From a virus: a stretch of DNA of 64,000 bases. The notes below the pieces were generated by a model, which was not told where the DNA came from, searched no databases, and saw nothing but the letters and a program-made list of their open reading frames with translations. A program made the translations under genes and the position numbers. Location of the stretch: positions 7,305 to 71,304 of IMG/VR virus record IMGVR_UViG_3300047496_000053; one strand, given 5' to 3'. Shown one piece after another: positions 54,734-64,000 of the stretch. How positions within the stretch are numbered: position 1 is the first letter of the stretch; the number at the start of each line of letters is the position of its first letter.

Positions 54734-56630
54734 ATCGTTCCTGCGTAATTTCACCGTCATCGAGCATGGATTTGGCCGCGCCCGCTAGACGTTCCTTCAC
54801 CTCTGCACCATTGTACGCCGGAACGTCCGCAAGCGTACCGGCCGTGAAGCCGGTCTTGCCGTCGAAATTGTTGACCACCGTGATCTTGACGCGCGGATTG
54901 CCCTCGAAATGCTTGGCAATTTCCTGGATCGACTTCGAGGCGCCCATGTGCGCGTGCGCCAGTACGGACGCCGGGACAGCCCGCGCGCGCTTGGCGTTGA
55001 AGCGGAAAGCCTTCTCCACCGGGGAATTGGTGTAAACCACCGCCACCGGGGCGCCCGACAGGTCAAGCGCCTCTTGGATCTTCTTGATCCCCGATTGGGC
55101 ATTGCTCATGGTGCTGTCGAAGACCAGCCCGTCCTTGTCGACCCCGGCGATCTTCGTGGCCAGATTCATCGCCTCGGATTTTCCTGAGCCCGAGCCGCCA
55201 GCGGTAAAGACGGTCGGGGACGTGTCCCCGGCCTTGTCCTTGTCGATGAGGGCTTGCCGGAAGATGAGCTTCGAGAGCATCGAAGAGGGCTCGTGCACCG
55301 CTGGCGCGAGCTTCCTGTCATTGACGAACTTGGCCGACATCATCTTCACGCGGTCCGGGTCGATCGTCTTGCCGAACCGCTGGAAATACTGGTTGACCAG
55401 CTTTTTCGGGTTGGCCTTGATCTTGTCGTAGAAGGACTGTTCGACCTTCACTTGATCGGGCGTCAGCCCGCCCGAGCGCAGAAAGCCGTTCTGGTCGCGG
55501 GTCTCTTCGCTCAGCGACGACGCTTTGGCCTGCGCCGCGGCAATCTTGTCCTTGAAGGCTTCCCGGATGGTCTCCGCGGCTTTATTGCCGCCCATGTCAT
55601 CGAAATTCGAATAGCCGTGCAATTTCTGCGCCAGCCCGCGCATTTCGTCGACCGACATCTGGCCGATCGGCTCGGCCTCGTAGCCATCCTCCGGGAAGCT
55701 GTATGAGACCTCGCCGCGGCGCACCGAGCGGCCCACGGTGTCGCCTTCGATGACCTTGCCCTTGGAGCCCGAAGCGTAATCGCCGAAATCCTTCTTGGCG
55801 GTCACCCGGTAGGCCGTGACGACGTGGCTGGCCGCGGCGCCCGTGGGGCTCGAAGCGTCGTAGTCGTCCAGGCGTTGCAGGAAGGAGCCCACCGCCGCGG
55901 CGTTGCCCGCGTTGCGGTTCTTGATCGCACCCGAGGATCCCACCCGGTAGACGATGAACGGCTCGCCGGGCTTGGGCGGCTTGGCCGGGTCGGTCTCATC
56001 GGACACGCTCGATCCGCCGCCCGGCTGCGCGCTGCCCGTGGGCTTCGTTTCGGGCTTGGCCGCGGCGCCGCCGCCACCCTTGCCGAACTGGCCATTGTCG
56101 GCCCGCGGGTGCTTCGTTTCGTCCCATTCGTCCATACCCAGGTGCGCGAAGCTCGCGCGCACGCCCGGATGCAGGGGCTCGGGCAGGCGGTCGGCCGGTG
56201 CCCAGGTGTAATCGGAATGCTCGTCGTTAAGCTCGGGCTCGAATTGCTCGGGCACCGATTGAGCGAAGGTCACGAACTGCACGCCGTCGTCGGCCATCAG
56301 GTCGGACATCAGCGCCGGGTCGCCTTCCGGGCAATCGCCTATTTCCTCGGCGCATTCGCGCTGCGCAGTAGCCAGGGGATCTTCGCCCGGCTCAGCCGTT
56401 CCCCCGGGGAAGCACCATTGGCCAGGATGGTCCCCGGATTGACCGCGCCGCAGGAAAAGCATGTTGCCGTCGGCGTCGACAAGGCACATGCCTGCGCCAC
56501 GGACAGCGGAATCCCCGGTGAACCCGTTGGCGTGGGCGGCAGCGGCTTGGCGCTCGGCTCCCGCCCGCGTCGAAAAGACTTTGCCATGCGGGCCCCACTG
56601 GAAACCGCTGCCTTCGGCATGGATCGGCAT
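54702..56630 (-). CDS. Multidomain head-region protein: NUDIX hydrolase plus zeta-toxin-like P-loop kinase
   Basis: Nudix box GGTAEPGEDPLATAQRECAEEIG; WDETKHPRADNGQF linker; VHEPSS, FTAGGSGSGKS, VFDST, RARAVP, H..A. Confidence 0.75.
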   Translation of the reverse strand: MPIHAEGSGFQWGPHGKVFSTRAGAERQAAAAHANGFTGDSAVRGAGMCLVDADGNMLFLRRGQSGDHPGQWCFPGGTAEPGEDPLATAQRECAEEIGDCPEGDPALMSDLMADDGVQFVTFAQSVPEQFEPELNDEHSDYTWAPADRLPEPLHPGVRASFAHLGMDEWDETKHPRADNGQFGKGGGGAAAKPETKPTGSAQPGGGSSVSDETDPAKPPKPGEPFIVYRVGSSGAIKNRNAGNAAAVGSFLQRLDDYDASSPTGAAASHVVTAYRVTAKKDFGDYASGSKGKVIEGDTVGRSVRRGEVSYSFPEDGYEAEPIGQMSVDEMRGLAQKLHGYSNFDDMGGNKAAETIREAFKDKIAAAQAKASSLSEETRDQNGFLRSGGLTPDQVKVEQSFYDKIKANPKKLVNQYFQRFGKTIDPDRVKMMSAKFVNDRKLAPAVHEPSSMLSKLIFRQALIDKDKAGDTSPTVFTAGGSGSGKSEAMNLATKIAGVDKDGLVFDSTMSNAQSGIKKIQEALDLSGAPVAVVYTNSPVEKAFRFNAKRARAVPASVLAHAHMGASKSIQEIAKHFEGNPRVKITVVNNFDGKTGFTAGTLADVPAYNGAEVKERLAGAAKSMLDDGEITQERYDYLVGRTES

Positions 56631-57175
56631 TACCTCACTCGGCGGGCGCGGATCGAGCCGTAGACCGTCATCCCCGCGACCGTAAAGGTGGCCTGAGCCA
56701 CAAGGTAGACCGTAGTCGTGGCCGCGATGCTGAGCCGCTGCGTCGGGATCACGCTCGAAATGGTGACGGCGCCGGGCACGATCCCGCCCGAGCCATTGAC
56801 CTCCGTGGTGAAGGTGTCTTGACCGGCGAAGGTCGCCGACGTAGTGCTGGCGCCTTGCTGCATCACCGAAATTGAGGTCGATGCGGCCGGAAGAAAATCG
56901 GCCACGCCTTCGATTTCCCAATCCCCGGGCGTCAGGCTCATCGAGACCACGTTCGCCGCGGTTGCGGTCGTCAGCGTGACCGCGTTGCCCGAGGCCAGGA
57001 TTCCGGTGATGAGTTCGCCCACGTTGCCCGCGACGGCGTTGTCATTTGTGGCGGTGCCCAGGATTTGACCCGAGCCGATCGGCGTCTGTTGCCCGTTGGA
57101 CAACTGGATGGCGACCGCTTGGCCAGCGGCATTGACAACGATGCCATCGACATTATCGAGAGTGATGAGGGGCAT
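56630..57175 (-). CDS. Putative virion protein
   Basis: GTATNDNAVAGNVGE...LTPGDWEI...IRARRVR fibre-tip-like domain. Confidence 0.6.
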   Translation of the reverse strand: MPLITLDNVDGIVVNAAGQAVAIQLSNGQQTPIGSGQILGTATNDNAVAGNVGELITGILASGNAVTLTTATAANVVSMSLTPGDWEIEGVADFLPAASTSISVMQQGASTTSATFAGQDTFTTEVNGSGGIVPGAVTISSVIPTQRLSIAATTTVYLVAQATFTVAGMTVYGSIRARRVR

Positions 57176-57182
57176 GATTTTC

Positions 57183-57470
57183 CTAGTGAACCGTCTGCGG
57201 CTCGGGGTTTTCGATCGGTGTCAGTTCGTACTGTCCGCGCAGGTGATACATGCCCACTTGGACCATGGCCATTGCCATCGCGGCGTCGCGCGGGTGCGGC
57301 ACGGCCATCTTGAAATTCTCCATCACGGCAACCATCGAATCGATGACAACGGCAGGCCGGTTCTGCGGCGCTCCGTTGAAGTCGCGCACTTGCAAAATCG
57401 AGAGCAAGGCACACGCTTCCTTCATGACCTCCGTCCATTGGACGAAGGTGTATCCGTCTGGTGCGTCCAT
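57183..57470 (-). CDS. Hypothetical protein
   Basis: TAATG-coupled ORF. Confidence 0.5.
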   Translation of the reverse strand: MDAPDGYTFVQWTEVMKEACALLSILQVRDFNGAPQNRPAVVIDSMVAVMENFKMAVPHPRDAAMAMAMVQVGMYHLRGQYELTPIENPEPQTVH

Positions 57471-60400
57471 TATGCGTTCCTAAAAACGATGGCCAGATTC
57501 GCCACCGATAGCGCGCTCCCAGTCTGGTTAATGCCCGAAATAGAGTACGCGCCAGAAAGCCCCGTGCTCGCCGCGCTATAGACGCCCATACCGTAATAGA
57601 GGTTAGAACTGTTCGCTGTCGTCGAACCCATTTCGGCGTAGTTGCCCGCGGTCTGGAGATTGTTCTTCCCCATCATCGATAGCGTCAGGCCAACATTCGT
57701 CGTCGCGGCGCCCACGCTGGTCGTTGCGGTCACGAGGTTGAAACCGACGAAGTATTCTCCCGGCGCGATGTTGAAGTTCATCGGCACCGAGACCGGGCGA
57801 ATAGCGCCTTGTGTTAGCCATGTATTCCCCGCCGAATTCGAGGCGTAGGTGTACGTCGTCTGCGTCGATCCGCTCGAAAGCGATGAGAGCGTGGAACCAT
57901 TGCGACTGTAAATTGCCGCGTATGCCGAAAGCGCTATCCCCATCGTGTTTGAGGTCGCCGCGCTTCCACCCGACATCGACAAAAGAGCATCGACGCGCGT
58001 TCCGGTGACTTGCTGCCAGATCGGTGCGTAGACGAAGCTCATGTTGGCATTGCTCGGGGCGCTCAGTGCGGTCAGATGCACGTCGCCAAGGATGAACCGA
58101 GTGACCGTCGGTTGCACAAGGCTCAGGCCCGCGGTATTGAGCGTGCCAGTGAGCGCACCAGACGTGCTCCCGAGGGTGATTCCGGTCCCCGCATGGCCGC
58201 TGGCATTGATGCTGATTCCGCTGGAATTGACTGTCCAGGTGATATTCGTTCCGGCCGAATTCAGGCCAACCGCGTCGGTGCTCGCGCGCGCCGTGGTGAT
58301 CGCATTCGTGATGAAGGTTGGCAGCGCAATACTCAACCCTGCCGAATTTAGCGTTCCCACCGCCGCAGTGCCTGCGGTCGTGGTCGAGGTAAACCCGGTG
58401 CCCGCGTACGTGGTATCCACCGAGCCCGTAAGCGTGGATCCCGCGAGCCCGAATGTGACGCCATTGGCATTCGAGAAGGACAGCGAGGTCTGAGCGGGCC
58501 CGATCACGTTGATCGTGTTGCTCGTTTGCGACAGGGTGATATTCGACCCGGCCATGAGACCGATCGAGCCCGAGAGCGTCGAGAATGTCGCCCCTAGCGT
58601 GCCGCCGCCGCTGGTACTCGTCATCATCGACACGATGTTGTAGCCGTCCCCGCCGCCCGCCGCCGTGAGGTAGGCGGGAACCGCCATACTCAGGCCGTTG
58701 GTGCCTTGGGTGGCAACGATCGCCGTCCCGGCCGTGGTCGTCGATGTAAAGCCGGTGCCTGCGTAGCCTCCCGCGTTCAAGCTCACGCCCGAACTGTTGA
58801 CCGTCCAGGTCACGTTCGTTTGCGCGGTGTTTAGCCCCACGGCATCAGTGCTTGCGCGCGCGGTCGTGAGATAGGCCGGAAGTGCAACCGACACGCCGCC
58901 CGTGTTCACGGTGATGCTGCCGCCAGTAATCGCCGCGTTGGTCCCGGCGAACGACACGCTCGCCCCGGATTGCATTGCCGTGGTCAGGTACGCCGGAAGA
59001 GCTACAGATACCCCGGAGGTATTGACTGTGATCGAGCCGCCCGTGATCGCGCCATTGGTTCCTGCAAAGCTGACACTAGCGCCCGATTGCATTGCTGTCG
59101 TCAGCGCGTTGGTGACGATCGTGGGGAACGCCAGACTCAAGCCCGCAGTGTTATGCGTCGCGACAATGGCCGTGCCCGCGGTCGTCGTGGACGTGAATCC
59201 CGTGCCCGCGAAGCTCACGCTGGCGCCTGATTGCATCGCGGTCGTGAGGTAGGTCGTCACCACCGAGGCGGTCAGCGTTGAGCCCGCCGTCCCGAAGGTC
59301 ACGCCGTTCGCATTGGAGAAGACCAGCGAGGATTGGTTCGCGCCGCTGATCGTCACGCCCGCGCCGTTTTGGCTCAGCGTCACATTGTTGCCACCTGCCA
59401 GTACCACCGTGCCAGTGCTGACGAGGATGCCGCCAGCGCCCGCCGTGGTGCTATTGCCGCCCACCGAGAAGGCGGGGGCAAGCACGCCGATGCTAACCGT
59501 GCTCCCATTGGTCGAGAGCGAGGCGTTACCAGTTGCCGAAAGCACCGAGGTCGCCGGAACGCTGAAGATGATTTGCTGCGCGCCAGAGCCGATCGTCATC
59601 GCCCCCGCGCCGACCGAGAGCGCGACCGTGCCGCTCGTGAACGTCGTGTTGGATACGGCCAAGCCGCTAATGCCGGTCTGCGCACCGCCCGCATTCGGGC
59701 CACTGATCGTGATCGATTGGCCATTTTGGCTCAACGTGATGTTGTTTCCGCCAGCCAGTACCAGCGTGCCGGTGCTCACATTGGCGTACCCGGCACCCGC
59801 GCTCGTGCTATTGCCGCCGATCGATGCAGCGATCCCGCCGCCGCCCGAGGGAGGCGCCACCGAAATCGACAGGCCGTTCGAGTTGAGCGTCACACTCGCA
59901 TTGGTCGCCGCCGTGCCCGTGCCCGCGAAAACAGTAGTGTGCGATCCGTACTCGAAGACTGGCATGGCCAGCGACAAGCCCGAGCTATTGGCCGTCACGC
60001 TCAGCCCGTTGGCCGTCAGCGCGGTATTGAGGCCAATGGCGTCCGTCGAGGCGCGCGCCGTCGTCAGGTAGTTGGTCTGGACCGAGGCCGTGAGGGTCGA
60101 TCCGGCCGTGCCGAATGAGACCCCGTTACCGTTGGCAAAGCTCAGTGACGATTGCGGTTGCACGCTCTGCGAGAAGGACGCGCTCGCCGTGACGGTGCTA
60201 CCAGCGGTCCCAAAGCTCACATTGTTGCTGTTGCTCAGGACGAAAGCGGTTTGCGCCGGGAAGCTCGCGCTCGCCGTGAGCGTGCTGCCGTTGAGGCCGA
60301 ATGTCACATTGTTCGAGTTGCTGAAGGCCACCGAACTCGCGGTCTGCAAGGTCTGAGAAAAGCTCGCCGACCCGGTGACCACGCCATTCGAGAGCCCAAA

Positions 60401-60661
60401 GCTCATGTTGTTCGAATTGGCGAAGGTGACAGCGGCCAGCGCCGCGCTCGAACCACCCGCGCTTATGGTTATGTTCCCGCCACCACCACCCACCGCCGAG
60501 GCGGTCAGCGAACCATTGCTCAGGCCGAACGACACTCCGTTCGAATTGACGAACGAAATCGTGCCCGTGGCTTGGCTCTGCGTTCCGGCGCTTATCGCGG
60601 GACCGGCCGTCAGGACAACCGTCGGATTCAGGTTGCTGACGAGTTGGACAGGGGATGTCAT
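57470..60661 (-). CDS. Long repetitive fibre-like virion protein (1063 aa)
   Basis: FSNSNNVTFG, LAGGNNITLSQ, LTTAMQSGASVSFAGT x3 and TTARASTDA x3 repeats; C terminus paralogous to 3308-5566. Confidence 0.75.
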   Translation of the reverse strand: MTSPVQLVSNLNPTVVLTAGPAISAGTQSQATGTISFVNSNGVSFGLSNGSLTASAVGGGGGNITISAGGSSAALAAVTFANSNNMSFGLSNGVVTGSASFSQTLQTASSVAFSNSNNVTFGLNGSTLTASASFPAQTAFVLSNSNNVSFGTAGSTVTASASFSQSVQPQSSLSFANGNGVSFGTAGSTLTASVQTNYLTTARASTDAIGLNTALTANGLSVTANSSGLSLAMPVFEYGSHTTVFAGTGTAATNASVTLNSNGLSISVAPPSGGGGIAASIGGNSTSAGAGYANVSTGTLVLAGGNNITLSQNGQSITISGPNAGGAQTGISGLAVSNTTFTSGTVALSVGAGAMTIGSGAQQIIFSVPATSVLSATGNASLSTNGSTVSIGVLAPAFSVGGNSTTAGAGGILVSTGTVVLAGGNNVTLSQNGAGVTISGANQSSLVFSNANGVTFGTAGSTLTASVVTTYLTTAMQSGASVSFAGTGFTSTTTAGTAIVATHNTAGLSLAFPTIVTNALTTAMQSGASVSFAGTNGAITGGSITVNTSGVSVALPAYLTTAMQSGASVSFAGTNAAITGGSITVNTGGVSVALPAYLTTARASTDAVGLNTAQTNVTWTVNSSGVSLNAGGYAGTGFTSTTTAGTAIVATQGTNGLSMAVPAYLTAAGGGDGYNIVSMMTSTSGGGTLGATFSTLSGSIGLMAGSNITLSQTSNTINVIGPAQTSLSFSNANGVTFGLAGSTLTGSVDTTYAGTGFTSTTTAGTAAVGTLNSAGLSIALPTFITNAITTARASTDAVGLNSAGTNITWTVNSSGISINASGHAGTGITLGSTSGALTGTLNTAGLSLVQPTVTRFILGDVHLTALSAPSNANMSFVYAPIWQQVTGTRVDALLSMSGGSAATSNTMGIALSAYAAIYSRNGSTLSSLSSGSTQTTYTYASNSAGNTWLTQGAIRPVSVPMNFNIAPGEYFVGFNLVTATTSVGAATTNVGLTLSMMGKNNLQTAGNYAEMGSTTANSSNLYYGMGVYSAASTGLSGAYSISGINQTGSALSVANLAIVFRNA

Positions 60662-61098
60662 GAATAGCTCAGGCTCGCGCGGTTGGTCCAGCTATTCACG
60701 TACGTCGCCGCGCCATTGGCGTAGAGCGTGGTGACCGGGTTGGAGGTATTGATGCGTTGGATCTTCCACACGCTCGCCGATTCGCTCGATCCAGGCGCCG
60801 CGCTGCCCGAATAGATGATCGGCGAGGCCGACGTGTCCACCCGAGTCGTTTCGTCCAGGTCCAGCACCACCCAAGGGACGGTTCCTTGCGTTACCGATCC
60901 GCCGCCGCCACCACCAGAGCCCGAGACCAGCAAATTGCCATTGGCGTCGACCAGCAACGCCACGAAAGCAAGCTGGCTCGCGCTCCATGCGTACATGCCG
61001 CTGAAGGACACGCCATCGAGACCTTCGCGCTGTTCCGGAACCCCCGTGAGGGAGTTCAGGTGCGCGCCCGCTTGGCCGGTGTATGCGCCCGCCGCCAT
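60658..61098 (-). CDS. Putative virion protein
   Basis: VTQGTVPW, YSGSAAPG...WKIQRI...W.NRASLSY. Confidence 0.6.
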   Translation of the reverse strand: MAAGAYTGQAGAHLNSLTGVPEQREGLDGVSFSGMYAWSASQLAFVALLVDANGNLLVSGSGGGGGGSVTQGTVPWVVLDLDETTRVDTSASPIIYSGSAAPGSSESASVWKIQRINTSNPVTTLYANGAATYVNSWTNRASLSYS

Positions 61099-61355
61099 CA
61101 GAGCGCCTTGTTCGTGGCTTCTTTGACCTTTTCGAGCGCCACCGCGTAGGCCGCGCGCAGCGCTTCTTGGACCTTCGCTTTGGTCAGCATCTTCATGCCC
61201 GAGGGCATTTCTGCCGCGATGGCTAGAAGAAGGTCGTCGATGGGGATTTCGACGTGGACAGATCCGCTCGGTGCATCTGCATCATGGCGAAATGTGACCG
61301 TGATACCCGGCTTATGCCAGTAGTTCGACGCGACTAGGACCGAGCGGACCGCCAT
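61098..61355 (-). CDS. Hypothetical protein
   Basis: GGGGG RBS, TGATG coupling. Confidence 0.55.
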   Translation of the reverse strand: MAVRSVLVASNYWHKPGITVTFRHDADAPSGSVHVEIPIDDLLLAIAAEMPSGMKMLTKAKVQEALRAAYAVALEKVKEATNKAL

Positions 61356-61377
61356 TTTTCCCCCAAACAAATAAGCG

Positions 61378-61572
61378 TTAGCGCCACGGACCCGTGACGG
61401 AAGCGAAAGGAAAGCCGTTGCGCGTGACCAGACGCGGCTTGAAGCGCCCTTCGGAGTCAACCGGATACTTCGCGATCATATCGAGCAATCGGCTCGATTC
61501 ACTCAGCAGTTCCTTCACACGCTGATGGGCTTCTTCGATGGTCTTTGGTTCTTCCGATTGCGAGCGCAGCAT
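61378..61572 (-). CDS. Hypothetical protein
   Basis: GGGG RBS, 64 aa. Confidence 0.4.
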   Translation of the reverse strand: MLRSQSEEPKTIEEAHQRVKELLSESSRLLDMIAKYPVDSEGRFKPRLVTRNGFPFASVTGPWR

Positions 61573-61581
61573 GGTTTTCCC

Positions 61582-63687
61582 CTACGTGACGTGATTGGAC
61601 ATCCAGTTGTAGATGAATTGACCCGCCCCAGGCTGCGGCGTGTGATTAGCTTGAATCAATCCGAAATCCCATCCGTTCGCGTTGTACCAGCCACCATTCG
61701 GGTTGTAGCTGAAAGAGGAGAAGCTAATTCCGTTGGTGTCGCACCACGATGTCAGTGCCGAAAGCCATGGCGCCCCGACAATCCCTGTGCCCGTGTGCTC
61801 GCCGGTTTCTGTGATGACTATCGGCACCCCGGCATTGCTGTTGAAGGTTTGCTTGAGCGTCACCACTTGCGACCATGTGTCAAATGCTGGCCAATCTCCG
61901 GTGCCAGAGTTGCCAGTGGTCGAAAAGGTCAGGTTGAAGGTAGCGCCCACGCCAGATCCGGAACTACTGTACTGGCCCACCGCGCCGGTTGGCTCCGTCA
62001 ACTGGCAATAGACCCCGCCGATGATTCCGCCGCCTTGGGTGGCCCCGCCGTATTCACCTTCGTTGCCGCCAGCGACCCCAGGCGTGCCCCCCGTATAGCC
62101 AGCGAGCGCGATGCCAGTGACCGCTCCAGCATTGACAGATGTCACTTGCAACATGGCTTGCCAGTAGACGCCGCCCGAATTGGGGCCTCCGCTTTCGTCC
62201 ATGGGCAACAAGATCGTGTCCCCGACAGAATACGAAATCGCGTTCGTTGGGGCCGCGGCCTGCGCCGCGAAGGTCAATTGCGTAGCCGTGTTCGATGTCA
62301 CGGTGGCCTGATAAACCACGGATGCGACGGTGTAGGTCACCGTCTGCCCGACCTTCGTGTTTGCGCCCCACGATTGCGTGGTGTCGTTCAATGTCGTGGT
62401 CGTGCCCGCCGATGTCGTCGTGCTCGTGAGCCCGCTGTAACCGCTGCCCCCGGAAGCGACAGTGGCCGCGGTGATCTTGCTCGCGCCAGGGTACGGATGC
62501 CAGCACGCGGCTATGCACGCCGCCCAGGTTCCGTAAAGGCCAACGTTCCACCCGGACGGTGCGGTGAGGTCGGTCGGGGCATACGCGCCCCACGAGCCCA
62601 AATCCTTGTTGTAGTTCAGACCGGACAGGAGACATAGATTGCCAGCGCCCGCGGCGCGGATTGCCGCGAGGCTTTGCGCGTGGCCAGCCATATACCATCC
62701 ATACGTGCTATTCGACACGGTGACCGAGGTTCCCGATGTCGACCCGGTGATGACGGTGCCAGCAACAATCGTGCCGCCCGTCACGCTGAACACATCGATG
62801 TGTTGCGTCCCCGACGATGCGAGACCGCTCGTCGTGTTCAGGTAATAGCAGAGGATCTTCCCGGTGATGCCGGTTGGCGATGTCGTCGTGAAGTTTTCGG
62901 CGGCAACGAATGACCCGGTTCCACCGCTCGGCGTGTTGCAAAAGTACGGCAGCACGAACTGATAGCCCCCGCCGTTGGATTGCACTGTGGCATAGCTACT
63001 CGTGTAAAGACCGCCGTTCATGAGGATGTTCCAGTTGCCAGCAGCATCCCCATACATTTCTGGCTCGTTGAAAAGCTCGAAGATCACCGATCGATTGTCG
63101 ACTGTGCCGCCGTTCATCTTCAGCGCGGTGCCATTCGGGTATCCGAAGACGCTCGCGAGGGATTGCCAGCACTGGATCGAATTGTCCTGATTGGCCATAA
63201 CGTCTTGGCCAAATGGCGCGCTACGCCCCGGGTTGGTCCAAGCTAGCACCAGGATCACATAGCACCCAATCGCATTTAGCTGAGCGACCTTTTGGATGAA
63301 CTGGCTGCGATACACCCCGAGCGGATCGGGGTTGACCACGCTTCCATTGTTTTCGTTGACGGTGTAGCCCATCCACGAGGCTTCGTTGACTCCGAGGCGA
63401 ATGACATTGGGCTTCCATGCCTGCACGTAGGACAAAATGGGGCCGAATACCTCGTCGGTGTTGCCGCCAGTGATGTCGCCAGTCGAACCTTGCTGGTAGT
63501 TGCGGATCGAAGCCGACACTGTTCCTTCAACATCGAATCCGCGAAGCTGAATTGTTCGTCCGGCGCTGTTGACGAGATTTTGGCCGTTTGCGCTGATATA
63601 GCCGTCGTATTTGTTGAATCCAATTCCAGCGATCCCGCCGCCAGACTCAATCACCGCTCCAGCGGGTGTCACGAAAACATAGCTCAT
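61582..63687 (-). CDS. GH5 (cellulase-family)-like glycoside hydrolase with large insertions
   Basis: IQLRG, NVIRL, YVIL, IFELFNEP (acid/base), WHPY, PIVITETG (nucleophile). Confidence 0.75.
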   Translation of the reverse strand: MSYVFVTPAGAVIESGGGIAGIGFNKYDGYISANGQNLVNSAGRTIQLRGFDVEGTVSASIRNYQQGSTGDITGGNTDEVFGPILSYVQAWKPNVIRLGVNEASWMGYTVNENNGSVVNPDPLGVYRSQFIQKVAQLNAIGCYVILVLAWTNPGRSAPFGQDVMANQDNSIQCWQSLASVFGYPNGTALKMNGGTVDNRSVIFELFNEPEMYGDAAGNWNILMNGGLYTSSYATVQSNGGGYQFVLPYFCNTPSGGTGSFVAAENFTTTSPTGITGKILCYYLNTTSGLASSGTQHIDVFSVTGGTIVAGTVITGSTSGTSVTVSNSTYGWYMAGHAQSLAAIRAAGAGNLCLLSGLNYNKDLGSWGAYAPTDLTAPSGWNVGLYGTWAACIAACWHPYPGASKITAATVASGGSGYSGLTSTTTSAGTTTTLNDTTQSWGANTKVGQTVTYTVASVVYQATVTSNTATQLTFAAQAAAPTNAISYSVGDTILLPMDESGGPNSGGVYWQAMLQVTSVNAGAVTGIALAGYTGGTPGVAGGNEGEYGGATQGGGIIGGVYCQLTEPTGAVGQYSSSGSGVGATFNLTFSTTGNSGTGDWPAFDTWSQVVTLKQTFNSNAGVPIVITETGEHTGTGIVGAPWLSALTSWCDTNGISFSSFSYNPNGGWYNANGWDFGLIQANHTPQPGAGQFIYNWMSNHVT

Positions 63688-63691
63688 TTTT

Positions 63692-63916
63692 TCAGATCAA
63701 TCCGCGTAGCAAATTCGGAAGTTGCTGAGGATCCGCGGATGCGACGTTGTGAGCGGTGCGCCCAGTAAGGCTCAGAATTCGCACCAGTGTCTTCGTGGCG
63801 CCGCTGGACACGCGCCGCGCCTGCATGGCGGTCAATGCCGGTATTGATGCAGCGAGCGCCGCTGGCTCGGCCGCGGTGACGGCTTTGGCTTGCTTTGGGG
63901 TCATTGACATTGGCAT
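63692..63916 (-). CDS. Hypothetical protein
   Basis: GGATAGG RBS, 74 aa. Confidence 0.5.
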   Translation of the reverse strand: MPMSMTPKQAKAVTAAEPAALAASIPALTAMQARRVSSGATKTLVRILSLTGRTAHNVASADPQQLPNLLRGLI

Positions 63917-63928
63917 GTTGCCTATCCA

Positions 63929-63952
63929 TAAAAAGAGCCCGCCGAAGCGGGC
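63929..63952 (-). terminator. Intrinsic terminator
   Basis: GCCCGC-TTCG-GCGGGC followed by TCTTTTT. Confidence 0.65.
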
Positions 63953-64000
63953 CGGGGAAGCCGGTCCTTTCGAACCGGGGGGGGGGGGGGGAGACTATGC

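Noticed and set aside
3308-60661. Paralogous fibre C termini as a diversity-generating retroelement TR/VR pair
   Set aside because: No reverse transcriptase is visible, both copies are within full genes, and the differences do not appear adenine-specific.
1-64000. Genome-wide TGA reassignment
   Set aside because: Many well-defined genes end in TGA, often with ATGA/TGATG coupling; only one gene shows internal TGAs.

Overview
The window is most of a GC-rich tailed-phage genome (contractile-tailed, probably infecting a Gram-negative proteobacterium, since it has an Rz/Rz1-like spanin pair). All family assignments are from motif recall and gene order; no searches were run. Layout: (i) 1-6256, minus strand, probable start of the late operon: Ser/Thr/Gly-rich putative virion proteins plus a glycosyltransferase and a methyltransferase. 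(ii) 6433-9180, minus strand, an RNA module: a Ro60/TROVE gene, a YrlA-like tRNA-mimic Y RNA, a second short Y-like RNA and two degenerate tRNA-like genes. (iii) 9430-15293, replication and nuclease genes behind a structured leader. (iv) 16281-33769, an early accessory region with at least 8 near-identical sigma70-type promoters carrying a (C)GTACGG box, cassette-like small genes with shared ends, RecT plus a nuclease, and one small gene with two in-frame TGA codons at probable Trp positions. (v) 33766-63916, minus strand: lysis, tail, baseplate, neck and head genes, a NUDIX/zeta-toxin gene with a putative antitoxin, a second long fibre paralog and a GH5-like hydrolase. No terminase, portal or integrase is visible, so the genome probably continues beyond the window.
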